The notes: generated from the sequence alone by a model not told the origin. 64,000 nucleotides of DNA from Roseomonas mucosa (GCA_945878375.1 CAMDWG010000010.1:22646-86645), one strand, 5' to 3'; counted from the first letter of the stretch, positions 13,052 through 22,400 are shown. Program-made: numbers and translations.

Positions 13052-13837
13052 TCAGGCGGTGACGGGGGCGGCGTAGACGCCGAGAAGGGTGCCCCCGAGC
13101 GCGGCCAGCCGCGCATCATGGGCGGCGATCATGCCCGGCAGTTCCACCAGCAGAACTTCGTCCTGCTGCGCAATGAGGGTGGGGACGAGGCCGGCGGCGG
13201 CAAGGGCTTCCGCCGCCGCGGCGGGGATGCGCGCCAGGCTGCGATCATCGCCGGAGGCGTCGGGCGGGGTGGGCGACAGCAGGAAGACCGTGGCGTCGGA
13301 GACGCCGAAGAAGGGCAGCCGCGCCGTGACGAACAGGCGCGCGGGATCGAGGGTAAGCCACCATCGGCCGGCGGGCGGCAGGGCGGCCAGCGCCGTGGCG
13401 CCGGAAGTGGCGGCCTCGATCGCGGCGGCTTCCCCGGCGCAGCGGGTGACCGGCGCCGCGAGGCCCAGATGGGCGCGCAGTACCTCCACCCCTGCATCCG
13501 GCAGCCAGGCGGTGGCGGTCAGCGGCGCCTGCATGCTGGTGGTGGCGCAGAGCAATTCCCGCCACAGCCGCACCAGCCCGGCGCGGGGCAGCGGCCCGCC
13601 ATGGCGGGCCAGCAACCGGCGGAGGATCATCGCCTCCCGCCCCGGCCGGATGGCGGGGCCCTTGCCCTTGGCGCGGCTGGCCGCGAGGCGGGCGACAACG
13701 CCCACCCGCCGCATCAGCAGGTCGTGGATCGCATCGTCGAGCGTGTCGATCTCGGCACGCAGCGCGGCCAGTTCGGCATCGCCCGGCGTGGGGCCCGGGG
13801 TGGGGCCAGCGGCGGCGGGAGGGGTCGTGTCGGGCAT
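13052..13837 (-). CDS. Chorismate mutase with C-terminal extension
   Basis: [19 protein letters not shown] and [12 protein letters not shown] type II CM motifs; typical CM-hisC-tyrA cluster. Confidence 0.8.
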   Translation of the reverse strand: MPDTTPPAAAGPTPGPTPGDAELAALRAEIDTLDDAIHDLLMRRVGVVARLAASRAKGKGPAIRPGREAMILRRLLARHGGPLPRAGLVRLWRELLCATTSMQAPLTATAWLPDAGVEVLRAHLGLAAPVTRCAGEAAAIEAATSGATALAALPPAGRWWLTLDPARLFVTARLPFFGVSDATVFLLSPTPPDASGDDRSLARIPAAAAEALAAAGLVPTLIAQQDEVLLVELPGMIAAHDARLAALGGTLLGVYAAPVTA

Positions 13838-13998
13838 CAGGGTCCGGGTCCGTGAGGTTCCATAAAGCCCGCCGCCCGCGCCGCCAAGGCGGCGCGCGGC
13901 CCCCTTGTCGCGGGGTGGCCGGTTGCCCCGGGGCGGCTTGCCGCCTATTGCTTCGCGCCCCTGACCTCCTGTTCTCCTTCGGGGGACCGTAACGGGAC

Positions 13999-15138
13999 AT
14001 GAACGAGGCCCTCGCCCCCTTCCAGCGACTCGAGCATCAGCGCGTCCTGTTCCCGGACGGTCTCGCGCTCGATTGCGGGGCCGTGGTGGCCCCCCTCGCG
14101 GTCGCCTATCGCGCCTATGGCACGCTGAACGCGGCGAAATCCAACGCCGTGCTGATCTGCCACGCCCTGACCGGCGACCAGTATGTGGCAGAACCGCACC
14201 CGCTGACCGGCAAGCCCGGCTGGTGGGACACCGTGGTGGGGCCGGGCCGGCCGATCGACACCGACCGCTACTTCGTCATCTGCGCCAATGTGCTGGGGGG
14301 CTGCATGGGTTCCTCGGGCCCGGCGGAACCGAAGCCGGATGGCAGCGGGCTGTGGGGCACGGATTTTCCCTCCGTCACCATCCGCGACATGGTGCGCGCG
14401 CAGAAGCGGCTGGTGGAGCATCTCGGCATCGACCGGCTGATGGCGGTCGTCGGCGGCAGCATGGGCGGCATGCAGGTGCTGGAATGGGCCGCGACCTATC
14501 CGGAGATGGTGGTCGCCGCCGCCCCCATCGCCACCGCGACCTATCATTCGGCGCAGAACATCGCCTTCCATGAGGTCGGCCGCGCCGCCATCCATGGCGA
14601 TCCGGACTGGATGGGCGGGCGCTACTGGCAAGATGGCCGCATCCCGGCCAAGGGCCTTTCGGTCGCGCGCATGGTCGCGCACATCACCTATCTGTCCGAA
14701 GCCGCGCTGGGCCGGAAATTCGGCCGCCGCCTGCGGGGCGCGAGCGCGCTGACCTTCCTGGAAGACGTGTTCGAGGTGGAAAGCTACCTGCGCTACCAGG
14801 GCTCCACCTTCGTCCGCCGCTTCGACGCCAACAGCTACCTGACCATCACGCGGGCGATGGATTTCTTCGACCTCGCGGCCGAGCATGGCGGCGATGTCGC
14901 GGCCGCCTTCCGCGGCGCGAAGACGCGCTTCCTGGTGGCGTCCTTCAACTCCGACTGGCTGTTCCCGACGCAGGAAAGCCGCGCGCTGGTCCGCGCCCTG
15001 AACGCGGCGGCGGCGAATGTGAGCTTCGTCGAGATCGCGACCGACAAGGGCCACGACGCCTTCCTGCTGGATGAACCTGTCTTCCACCGCGCGCTGGGCG
15101 GCTTCCTGCGCGGCGCGGCGCAGAAAGTGGGCGTGTGA
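13999..15138 (+). CDS. metX: Homoserine O-acyltransferase
   Basis: [16 protein letters not shown] nucleophile motif, RFDANSY, GHDAFL motifs. Confidence 0.93.
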   Translation: MNEALAPFQRLEHQRVLFPDGLALDCGAVVAPLAVAYRAYGTLNAAKSNAVLICHALTGDQYVAEPHPLTGKPGWWDTVVGPGRPIDTDRYFVICANVLGGCMGSSGPAEPKPDGSGLWGTDFPSVTIRDMVRAQKRLVEHLGIDRLMAVVGGSMGGMQVLEWAATYPEMVVAAAPIATATYHSAQNIAFHEVGRAAIHGDPDWMGGRYWQDGRIPAKGLSVARMVAHITYLSEAALGRKFGRRLRGASALTFLEDVFEVESYLRYQGSTFVRRFDANSYLTITRAMDFFDLAAEHGGDVAAAFRGAKTRFLVASFNSDWLFPTQESRALVRALNAAAANVSFVEIATDKGHDAFLLDEPVFHRALGGFLRGAAQKVGV

Positions 15139-15779
15139 TGCCCGACGCCCCGACGGAAATCCGCTTCGTCGCGAAGAATATGCGGCTCGACCTCCGCCTG
15201 ATCGCGGAGATGATCGCGCCCGATGCGCGCGTGCTCGACATCGGCTGCGGCGATGGCGCGCTGATCGACCACCTGATCCGCGCGAAGGGCGCCGATGCGC
15301 GCGGCATCGAGATCGACATGGCAGAGGCGACGGAAGCCGTCGCCGCGGGCCTGCCGGTGATCCATGGCGATGCCGATGCGGACCTGGCTTTCTATCCGGA
15401 CGGCGCCTTCGACTATGTCGTGCTGTCGCGCACGCTGCAGGCGGTGGAACGGCCGCGCGAGGTGCTGCGGCAGATGCTGCGGATCGGGCGCTACGCCATC
15501 GTGTCCTTCCCGAATTTCGGCCATTGGCACCTCCGCTGGCGGCTGCTGACCACCGGGCGGATGCCCGACAACGAGACCTGGGATCGCCCCTGGTACGAGA
15601 CGCCGAACATCCACCCCTGCACGATCCGCGATTTCTTCGCGCTCTGCGCCAAGGATGGCTATGTGGTCGAACGCTGGCTGGCGGTGGACGACAAGGGCCT
15701 CAGCACGCCCTGGAAGCGCTCGCCCTGGCTGGCCAATCTGTTCGGCGAACAGGGGCTGTTCCTGCTGCGGCGGGGCTAG
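15138..15779 (+). CDS. metW: Methionine biosynthesis protein MetW
   Basis: VLDIGCGDG, FDYVVLSRTLQ, SFPNFGHW, ETPNIH motifs; overlaps metX stop. Confidence 0.92.
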   Translation: MPDAPTEIRFVAKNMRLDLRLIAEMIAPDARVLDIGCGDGALIDHLIRAKGADARGIEIDMAEATEAVAAGLPVIHGDADADLAFYPDGAFDYVVLSRTLQAVERPREVLRQMLRIGRYAIVSFPNFGHWHLRWRLLTTGRMPDNETWDRPWYETPNIHPCTIRDFFALCAKDGYVVERWLAVDDKGLSTPWKRSPWLANLFGEQGLFLLRRG

Positions 15780-15807
15780 GCCCTTTCCCGGTCCCACCGG
15801 CGCGCCT

Positions 15808-15990
15808 TCAATGCATGCGACGCTGCGCCGGCGGTGTGCCGGGGACCAGGGCTGCCGCCAGGGCGACATGGGCGGCGGCGGCTTCCGCGCCCAGCCGACG
15901 GCATTCCGCTTCGACATAGGCCAGCATCAGCAGCAGCGCCGCATCGTCGTCCGGCTTGGGGGGGGCGGTCATCTCGGTATCGGCGCGCAT
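15808..15990 (-). CDS. Small hypothetical protein (~60 aa)
   Basis: Helical core LLLMLAYVEAECRRLGAEAAAAHVALAAAL; fills a gap without overlapping other genes. Confidence 0.5.
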   Translation of the reverse strand: MRADTEMTAPPKPDDDAALLLMLAYVEAECRRLGAEAAAAHVALAAALVPGTPPAQRRMH

Positions 15991-16140
15991 GACTATTCCA
16001 TTCCGTAAGGCGGGGCGCCGCAGGCGGCGCGAGGGCAGGACGCTTCGCATGCGGGTCACGTCGGCGTGAAGACGCAATCGCTCGGGTCGAGATTCAACCA
16101 GGAATTGGCTTCGCCCGATCAGGCTGCCGGGCGGCCGCCC

Positions 16141-16231
16141 AAAAGAAACCCCGGCGGGAAGGCCCGCCAGGGGAAAGTCGAGGGAGGAAACGTCCAGGAA
16201 CGTCCTCGGGGCGGCTTCCCACCCCGGGACG
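16141..16231 (-). ncRNA. Candidate trans-acting sRNA, MmgR/alpha-r8(suhB)-like, ~90 nt
   Basis: 5' hairpin GTCC-CGGGGTGG/CCGCCCCG-A-GGAC, core TTTCCTCCCT (16181-16190), terminator CCCC-T-GGCGGG/CCCGCC-GGGG + TTTCTTTT; no minus-strand CDS upstream to explain the terminator. Confidence 0.75.
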
Positions 16232-16237
16232 ATCACA

Positions 16238-16279
16238 AGACTAGGCGCGACCGCGCCGACCCGCCTTGATCCAGATCAA
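16238..16279 (-). promoter_or_regulatory. FNR/FixK-type class II promoter for the sRNA
   Basis: Perfect TTGAT-N4-ATCAA at 16266-16279; -10 TAGTCT at 16243-16238 gives +1 at 16231 with the box centred at -41.5. Confidence 0.75.
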
Positions 16280-16401
16280 ACCGTTTTCGGCTCGGATCGG
16301 CAAAGCGTGTTTGCCCTTCCGCGCCGACCTTGCGAGGATGGGGCCAGGGGCGGCGCGGCATCCACGCGCGACCGTTTCGACCGAAACAGGGAAAGCGACA
16401 C

Positions 16402-17124
16402 ATGGCACGAGTGGCTCTCGTCACGGGCGGGCAGCGCGGCATCGGTGCCGCGATCAGCGAAGGGTTGCAGGCGGCGGGCCGCAAGGTTGTCGCCAGCTAT
16501 GCCGGCAACGACGCCGCCGCGCAGGCCTTCACGGAACGCACCGGCATCCCCTGCTACAAATTCGATGTCGGCGACTTCGACGCCTGCGTGGCGACGGTGG
16601 CGAAGATCGAGGCCGAGGTCGGCCCGATCGAGGTGCTGGTGAACAATGCCGGCATCACCCGCGACGCGATGATGCGGAAGCTGACGCGGCAGATGTGGGA
16701 CGACGTGATCGATACCAACCTCGGCAGCTGCTACAACATGTGCAAGGCGGTGTGGGACGGCATGAACGCCCGCAAGTTCGGCCGCATCGTGAATATCGGC
16801 AGCGTCAACGGCCAGGCCGGGCAGCTGGGCCAGGTGAACTACGCGGCGGCGAAGTCCGGCATCCACGGCTTCACCAAGGCGCTCGCCCAGGAAGGCGCGC
16901 GCAACCAGATCACGGTGAATGCGGTCGCGCCCGGCTATGTGGACACCGAGATGGTGCGCGCCGTGCCCGCCGATGTGCTGGAGAAGATCATCGCCCGCAT
17001 CCCGCGCGGCCGCCTCGGCACCGCGCAGGACATCGCGCGCGGCGTGGTGTTCCTCACGGCCGATGAGGCCGATTTCATCACCGGCTCCACGCTGTCGATC
17101 AATGGCGGCCAGCATATGTACTGA
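16402..17124 (+). CDS. phbB: Acetoacetyl-CoA reductase
   Basis: VALVTGGQRGIG, NNAGITRD, NGQAGQLGQVNYAAAKSG, INGGQHMY motifs. Confidence 0.93.
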   Translation: MARVALVTGGQRGIGAAISEGLQAAGRKVVASYAGNDAAAQAFTERTGIPCYKFDVGDFDACVATVAKIEAEVGPIEVLVNNAGITRDAMMRKLTRQMWDDVIDTNLGSCYNMCKAVWDGMNARKFGRIVNIGSVNGQAGQLGQVNYAAAKSGIHGFTKALAQEGARNQITVNAVAPGYVDTEMVRAVPADVLEKIIARIPRGRLGTAQDIARGVVFLTADEADFITGSTLSINGGQHMY

Positions 17125-17309
17125 ATTCCCCATGACGTCGCTGCGCGACGCCATGGGGACCCCGAATGGTCGTCGCCTTCCGCAAGGGCGGTTCCGCCTG
17201 CCGTGGCAAAGCCACGGCAGGGCACCGGGGGGCCACCGGGCTTGTGTGAGGTCCGCAACGTGCCAAGCGCGCGGCACCCCTCGCGCTCTGCGTCAGCCCC
17301 GCTGATTGG

Positions 17310-17477
17310 TCAACGTGGCATCCGTCGGCGTGGCTTTCGCTTCGGCCTCGCCGCCTTCGTCGCGGTGGCAAGCCACGCCGCCTGGCCACGCCGCATCGCA
17401 TTGGCGGCATGGCCCAGCCACCAGCCGGCGGCGCGGTTGGCGGCGGAAAGGAACAGGCTGCGCGGGGTGCCCTTCAT
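17310..17477 (-). CDS. Small basic hypothetical protein (55 aa)
   Basis: SLFLSAANRAAGWWLGHAANAMRR amphipathic helix plus Lys/Arg tail. Confidence 0.5.
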   Translation of the reverse strand: MKGTPRSLFLSAANRAAGWWLGHAANAMRRGQAAWLATATKAARPKRKPRRRMPR

Positions 17478-17544
17478 GGCCGTCCGAACGTGCGTCGCGC
17501 AGGTGGGTTCGCTTGCCGCACCTGGGCCGCTATGAGCAGGGGCC

Positions 17545-18390
17545 ATGTCCCCCGCCACGCTGGCCGGTTGCGGCGCGCTGATCCTCTGGTCCTTCCTGGC
17601 GCTGCTCTCGCGGCTTGCGGCGGGCATTCCGCCCTTGCAACTGACCGCGATGGGCTTCGCGCTGGGCGGGACCGTCGCGCTGCTGGTCGTGCTGGCGCGC
17701 GGGCAGGCGGCGGCGCTGCGGCAGGGGCCGCTGGCCTGGGTGCATGGCGTCGGCGGGCTGTTCGGCTACCACGCGCTCTATTTCCTCGCCTTTGCCCTCG
17801 CCCCGGCGGTCGAGGTCAACCTCATCAACTATCTCTGGCCGCTGCTGATCGTGCTGCTCGCCGCGCCGATCCGTGGCCTGCGGCTAGGCCCGGCGCGGCT
17901 TGCGGGCGTGGGGCTGGGTTTTGCCGGTTGCGCGCTTCTGGTCGGGCCGGGCGCGGCCTTCCCGCCCGAGGCGGTGGCAGGCTTCGTCGCCGCGCTCGGC
18001 TGCGCGGTGGTCTGGGCGGTCTATTCGGTCACCTCGGGCACGCGCCGCCTGGCTGGCGTGCCCACCGAGGCCGTCGCGGGATTCTGCCTGGCCACGGCGG
18101 CGCTGGCCGCCCTGCTGCATCTGGGCTTCGAGACGACGGTGATGCCCGATGCGCGGCAAGGGCTGGCCGTGCTGGCGCTGGGCCTCGGGCCAGTCGGCGC
18201 GGCCTTCTTCCTTTGGGATGTCGGCATGAAGCGCGGCGATCCGCGCCTGCTCGGCACGTTGGCTTATGCGGTGCCGGTCGCCTCCACCCTGCTGCTGATC
18301 GCGGCCGGGGAAGGGGAGTGGTCCCTGCGCGTCGCCGCCGCGACGCTGATGGTCGCGGGCGGCGGAGTTATCGCGGCGCGGGCGCGCTGA
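17545..18390 (+). CDS. DMT/EamA family transporter
   Basis: About 10 hydrophobic segments; YHALYFLAF, NLINYLWPLLIV, AFFLWD motifs. Confidence 0.88.
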   Translation: MSPATLAGCGALILWSFLALLSRLAAGIPPLQLTAMGFALGGTVALLVVLARGQAAALRQGPLAWVHGVGGLFGYHALYFLAFALAPAVEVNLINYLWPLLIVLLAAPIRGLRLGPARLAGVGLGFAGCALLVGPGAAFPPEAVAGFVAALGCAVVWAVYSVTSGTRRLAGVPTEAVAGFCLATAALAALLHLGFETTVMPDARQGLAVLALGLGPVGAAFFLWDVGMKRGDPRLLGTLAYAVPVASTLLLIAAGEGEWSLRVAAATLMVAGGGVIAARAR

Positions 18391-18999
18391 TCAGAGGGGC
18401 TTTCGCAGCAGCGCCCGCACCACTTCGGCGCGGCCCTGGTGGCGCGGGCCTTCATCCAGATGCACGGTGCCTTCCAGCAATTCCAGCACCTCCAGCCCAC
18501 CGAACAGCTCTTCCACGATGGCGCGCGACCAGAGCAGGTCCGGCATCTTCGGCCCGCCGCTGCGGCGGCCTTCCTGCGCGGGGCTGAAGCATTCCAGCGC
18601 CAGAAGCCCGCCCGGCGCCAGGGCGCGCATCACGCCGCGCGCCGCCGCCGCGCGGTCGGCGGGCGGCAGATGCAGGTAGATCCAGGCGATCAGGTCGAAG
18701 CCGGCCTCCGGATAGCTCCAGGCCGCCGCGTGGCCGACGAGCGCGTTCACCGTCACGCCGCGCCGCCGGGCCAGTTCCGCCGCCTTCGCGACACCAACCG
18801 GCGACCAGTCGAGCGAAGTTACCGTCAGGCCCTGCTGCGCCAGCCAGACGCCGTTGCGTCCTTCCCCGTCGCCCAGCGCCAGCGCCCGCAGGCCCGGCGC
18901 GAACCAGGGGCGCAGCTCCTCCAGGTAGCGGTTCGGCGCTTCCCCGAACTGGAAGTCGCCGCTGCCATAGCGCTCGTCCCATGCCAGAGAGGTGCTCAT
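18391..18999 (-). CDS. Class I SAM-dependent methyltransferase
   Basis: WDERY, ALGDGEGRNGVWLA motifs. Confidence 0.85.
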   Translation of the reverse strand: MSTSLAWDERYGSGDFQFGEAPNRYLEELRPWFAPGLRALALGDGEGRNGVWLAQQGLTVTSLDWSPVGVAKAAELARRRGVTVNALVGHAAAWSYPEAGFDLIAWIYLHLPPADRAAAARGVMRALAPGGLLALECFSPAQEGRRSGGPKMPDLLWSRAIVEELFGGLEVLELLEGTVHLDEGPRHQGRAEVVRALLRKPL

Positions 19000-19445
19000 C
19001 GCCCCGGTTCCCATCCCGGCGGGGCCAGCTCGAAGCCGGAGAATTCGAAGGCGGGGCTCACGGTGCAGCAGACCAGCGCCCAGCGCGCCGCCGCCGGCCG
19101 CGCCGCCTGCCACCAGCCCTGCGGCACCAGGCCGATCAGCGCTTCCCCCGCGCCGAGATCGGGGCCGAGGCGGATCTCCCGCACCGGCCCCGCCGGACCC
19201 TCGGCCAGCGACAGCGCCAGAGGCCCGCCGGCCTGCCAGATCCACAGCTCGGCGGCGTCCACGCGGTGCCAATGGCTGCGCTCATTCGCATCCAGCAGGA
19301 AGTTGATCGCGGTGCCCGCGCCGCGCCCGCCGCCCGCCGGGGTATCCCGCCACAGCTCCCGGTAATGGCCGCCTTCCGGGTGTGGGCGGAGGCCCAGCGC
19401 GGCGATCACCGCCGCCGCGCCGAGCCCCGGATTGCGCAGATCCAC
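18996..19445 (-). CDS. Cupin (DUF985-like) protein
   Basis: LGLRPHPEGGHYRE, SHWHRVDAAELW, CTVSPAFEFSGFEL motifs. Confidence 0.88.
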   Translation of the reverse strand: MDLRNPGLGAAAVIAALGLRPHPEGGHYRELWRDTPAGGGRGAGTAINFLLDANERSHWHRVDAAELWIWQAGGPLALSLAEGPAGPVREIRLGPDLGAGEALIGLVPQGWWQAARPAAARWALVCCTVSPAFEFSGFELAPPGWEPGR

Positions 19446-19448
19446 CGA

Positions 19449-20051
19449 TCAGGCCGGCGGCGCGGTGCGCGCCATCGGCGGCAGCGCCGAGACCTCGGCG
19501 AACCAGGCCGCGAGACGCGGATGCGCGTCGCGCCAGGGCTCGCCGGCGAAGCGGAAATCGAGGTAGCCCAGCGCACAGCCCACCGCGATCGCGCCGATAT
19601 CCGAAAGCCCCTGCGGCGGCGCGGCTTCCAGCGCCGCGAGGCCGCGATCCACGGCGGCCTTCTGGCGGGCCAGGAAGGCTTCGCGCGTTGCATCCATCGG
19701 CTTGCCGAAGCGCATCCGCCGCGCCACCGCGGCATCCATGATGCCATCGGCCAGCGCATGCATGACCGAGATGCGGATCCAGCGCTGTGTGCCCGATGTG
19801 GGGAACAGCGCATTCGCTTCCCCGATCGTGTCGAGATATTCGCAGATCACCGGGCTGTCATAGACCGCATGGCCGTCCTCGGTGATCAGGCAGGGGATCT
19901 TCGACAGCGGATTGGCCTTGAGCAATTCGGCCGGGGAGCCGTGCGGGTCGGTCGCCACCGTCTCGATGCGGTTGTCGATGCCGCGCGCGATGGCGCAGGC
20001 CAGCACCTTGCGGGCGAAGGGGCTCGCGGGGCTGAAATGAAGCTTCATCAT
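19449..20051 (-). CDS. Glutathione S-transferase family protein
   Basis: SPASPFARKV, NPLSKIPCL, YDSPVICEYLD motifs. Confidence 0.9.
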   Translation of the reverse strand: MMKLHFSPASPFARKVLACAIARGIDNRIETVATDPHGSPAELLKANPLSKIPCLITEDGHAVYDSPVICEYLDTIGEANALFPTSGTQRWIRISVMHALADGIMDAAVARRMRFGKPMDATREAFLARQKAAVDRGLAALEAAPPQGLSDIGAIAVGCALGYLDFRFAGEPWRDAHPRLAAWFAEVSALPPMARTAPPA

Positions 20052-20067
20052 CCTGGGACGGGTCCTG

Positions 20068-20802
20068 TCAGCGGAAGGTGTTCTTGGCCTCTCGGCGCGC
20101 GGTGAATTCAGCAAGGTCGCGGGCGCGGAGGAAGGGGTTGGCGGCAAGTTCCTGGGCAATCGTGGTCGGCACCGTCGGCCGGCCCGCCGCGCGCAGCGCC
20201 CCGGCGGCCTCGGCTTCCGCCTTCAGCGCGGCATTGTCGGGGTCCACATGCAGGGCGAAGCGGGCATTGGCTTCCGTGTATTCATGCCCGCAGCAGAGCC
20301 GCGTGGCGGGCGGCAGCGCGGCCAGGCGCTGGAGTGATCGCCACTGCGCCTCCATCCCGCCGGCTTCCAGCGGGCGGCCGCAGCCCAGGCCGAAGATCAC
20401 ATCCCCGCACATCAGGATGTTGTCCGTGATGAAGTGGAAGGCGATGTGGCCGGTGGTGTGGCCCGGCAGGTGCATCACCACCGACCGCGCCGCGCCCAGG
20501 CGCACCACATCCCCGTCCATCACCATCAGGTCGAGCGGCGGCAGGCGGTGCGCGTCGATCGCGGCGCCCACCACCTTCGCGCGGGGGAAGCGCGCCTTCA
20601 GCGCGGCCACACCGCCGATGTGATCCGCGTGGTGATGCGTCAGCAGGATCTGGTCGAGCTGCCCGCCCCAGACCTCCACCGCCGCGATGGCGGGCCCCGC
20701 CTCGCCAGGGTCGCAGATCGCCACCGCGCCGGTCGCATTCTCCCGCAGCAGCCACAGGTAGTTGTCCTGGAGGCAGGGAACCGGCTTGACCTGCAGGGCC
20801 AT
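20068..20802 (-). CDS. gloB: Hydroxyacylglutathione hydrolase (glyoxalase II)
   Basis: DNYLW, THHHADHIGG, PGHTTGH, CGHEYT motifs. Confidence 0.92.
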   Translation of the reverse strand: MALQVKPVPCLQDNYLWLLRENATGAVAICDPGEAGPAIAAVEVWGGQLDQILLTHHHADHIGGVAALKARFPRAKVVGAAIDAHRLPPLDLMVMDGDVVRLGAARSVVMHLPGHTTGHIAFHFITDNILMCGDVIFGLGCGRPLEAGGMEAQWRSLQRLAALPPATRLCCGHEYTEANARFALHVDPDNAALKAEAEAAGALRAAGRPTVPTTIAQELAANPFLRARDLAEFTARREAKNTFR

Positions 20803-20890
20803 GGCGCATCTCCGTCCTGTACCGGGTGGCCCGGCGCTCGTTTCGCCTGGGTCGTCCCATCCGGCCGCATATGCCCCTATATGACCCCGC

Positions 20891-21604
20891 ATGACCAGCG
20901 AGGTCCACGGCCTGGCCAGCTTCTATGCCTCCCCGGGCGGGGAAACGGCTGCGCGGCTTGTCGCTGCGCGGCTGGCAGCGCTGTGGCCGGCGCTGCCGGG
21001 GTGCTCGGTGCTGGGGCTGGGCTGGGCCGCCCCCTATCTCGGCCTGTGGCGGGCCGAGGCGCAGCGCTGCATCGGGCTGGTGCCCGCCCATATCCCCGCC
21101 ACGCAGCCCCTGGCCCCGCCCGAGACCCCCCGCGCCACGCTGGTGGCGGAGGAAGACCGGCTGCCCTTCCCCGATGACAGCTTTGATCGCGTCCTGCTGG
21201 TGCATGGGCTGGAGGCGGCGGAGAATGCCCGACGCCTGCTGCGAGAGGTCTGGCGCGTGCTGCGCGACGATGGGCGGCTACTGCTGGTGGTCCCCAACCG
21301 CACCGGCCTGTGGGCGCATCTGGACCGCACCCCCTTCGGCCATGGACAGCCCTATTCGCGCGGCCAGATCGAGCGGCTGCTGGCGCGCCACCTGTTCCGC
21401 GCCGAGCGGCGAGAGGCGGCGCTGTTCGTGCCGCCCTACGGGCTGGGCCGGATCGGCTCCGCCGCGCTGGTGCTGGAAGGTGCGGGGCGCATGCTGTGCC
21501 CCCGGCTGGCGGGCGTCTTCATCGTGGAGGCGGAAAAGGACCTGTTCGCCGCGGTGCCGGCCGGCACCGTCAGGCTGCGCCGGCGGGTGGTCGCGCCGGC
21601 CTGA
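20891..21604 (+). CDS. SAM-dependent methyltransferase-like protein (YafS-like)
   Basis: LPFPDDSFDRVLLVHGLE, EVWRVL, TPFGHGQPYS motifs; divergent from gloB. Confidence 0.85.
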   Translation: MTSEVHGLASFYASPGGETAARLVAARLAALWPALPGCSVLGLGWAAPYLGLWRAEAQRCIGLVPAHIPATQPLAPPETPRATLVAEEDRLPFPDDSFDRVLLVHGLEAAENARRLLREVWRVLRDDGRLLLVVPNRTGLWAHLDRTPFGHGQPYSRGQIERLLARHLFRAERREAALFVPPYGLGRIGSAALVLEGAGRMLCPRLAGVFIVEAEKDLFAAVPAGTVRLRRRVVAPA

Positions 21605-21657
21605 TCCCTCCTGATCCAGGTGATGCGTCAACCGCGGGGTAATCCCCGCCATGCGAT

Positions 21658-22278
21658 ATGTCCCGCATGGACAGCACCGCCCCCGCCTTCCCGCCGGACG
21701 AGATCCTGCGCGCCGCGCTGCGGGCGGAACTGGAGCCGCGGCTGGCGGAATTGCGCAGCTTCATGGATCGCCGCATCGCTGAGCTGAGCGCGGAGGTCCA
21801 TGCCAGCGTGGAACTCGCCGATTTGGGTGAGGCGCGCATCGCCGGGGACATCGCGCGCATGCAGGACCAGATCGCGCAGCTCGTCGCCGTCCCCGCCGCC
21901 GCCACCCGCAATAGCGGGCTGGAGCTGGAAGCGGTGGTGCAGGTGACCGAGGATGCGGCCAACACGATCATGGAAGCCGCGGAAGCCATCGGGGATTGGA
22001 TCGCGGCGGGCCGCGACGCTGAGGGCGCGCAAGCCATCATCGGGCGCGTGAACACGATCTTCGAAGCCTGTTCCTTCCAGGACCTGACCGGCCAGCGCAT
22101 CCGCCGCGCCATCCAGCACTTGCAGCAGGTGGAAGGCGCGCTGAAGGCGCTGCTGCCGGGCGTCGAAGCGCCGGAGAGGCCCAGGCTGGACGTGCCGACG
22201 CAAATCCGGACGGTGGAGTCGCGCCCAGGCACCCCCGACCTTGCCCAGGCGGAGATCGACGCGCTGCTGAACGGGTAG
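21658..22278 (+). CDS. CheZ-like phosphatase, alphaproteobacterial type
   Basis: TEDAANTIMEAAE, IFEACSFQDLTGQRI signature and C-terminal QAEIDALL. Confidence 0.7.
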   Translation: MSRMDSTAPAFPPDEILRAALRAELEPRLAELRSFMDRRIAELSAEVHASVELADLGEARIAGDIARMQDQIAQLVAVPAAATRNSGLELEAVVQVTEDAANTIMEAAEAIGDWIAAGRDAEGAQAIIGRVNTIFEACSFQDLTGQRIRRAIQHLQQVEGALKALLPGVEAPERPRLDVPTQIRTVESRPGTPDLAQAEIDALLNG

Positions 22279-22313
22279 TCGGTCGAGCGAGGGGCCTTCG
22301 CCCTCGCCCGCAC

Positions 22314-22400
22314 TACCGCTCGCCTATTCCCGCGAGCGTTACCGCTCGACTGTCTCCGCGAGCGTTACCGCTCGCTCGTATCCGCGAGCGTTACCGCTCG
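22314..22400. repeat. Tandem array of 19-nt hairpin repeats, period 26
   Basis: CCGCGAGCGTTACCGCTCG at 22330, 22356 and 22382 plus a partial unit ending 22322; 7-nt variable linkers. Confidence 0.9.

Noticed and set aside
13840-13998. SAM riboswitch upstream of metX
   Set aside because: No SAM-II, SAM-SAH or SAH consensus found; only generic GC-rich stems
22314-22400. CRISPR interpretation of the 26-nt array
   Set aside because: Repeat (19 nt) and spacers (7 nt) are too short, and there are no cas genes
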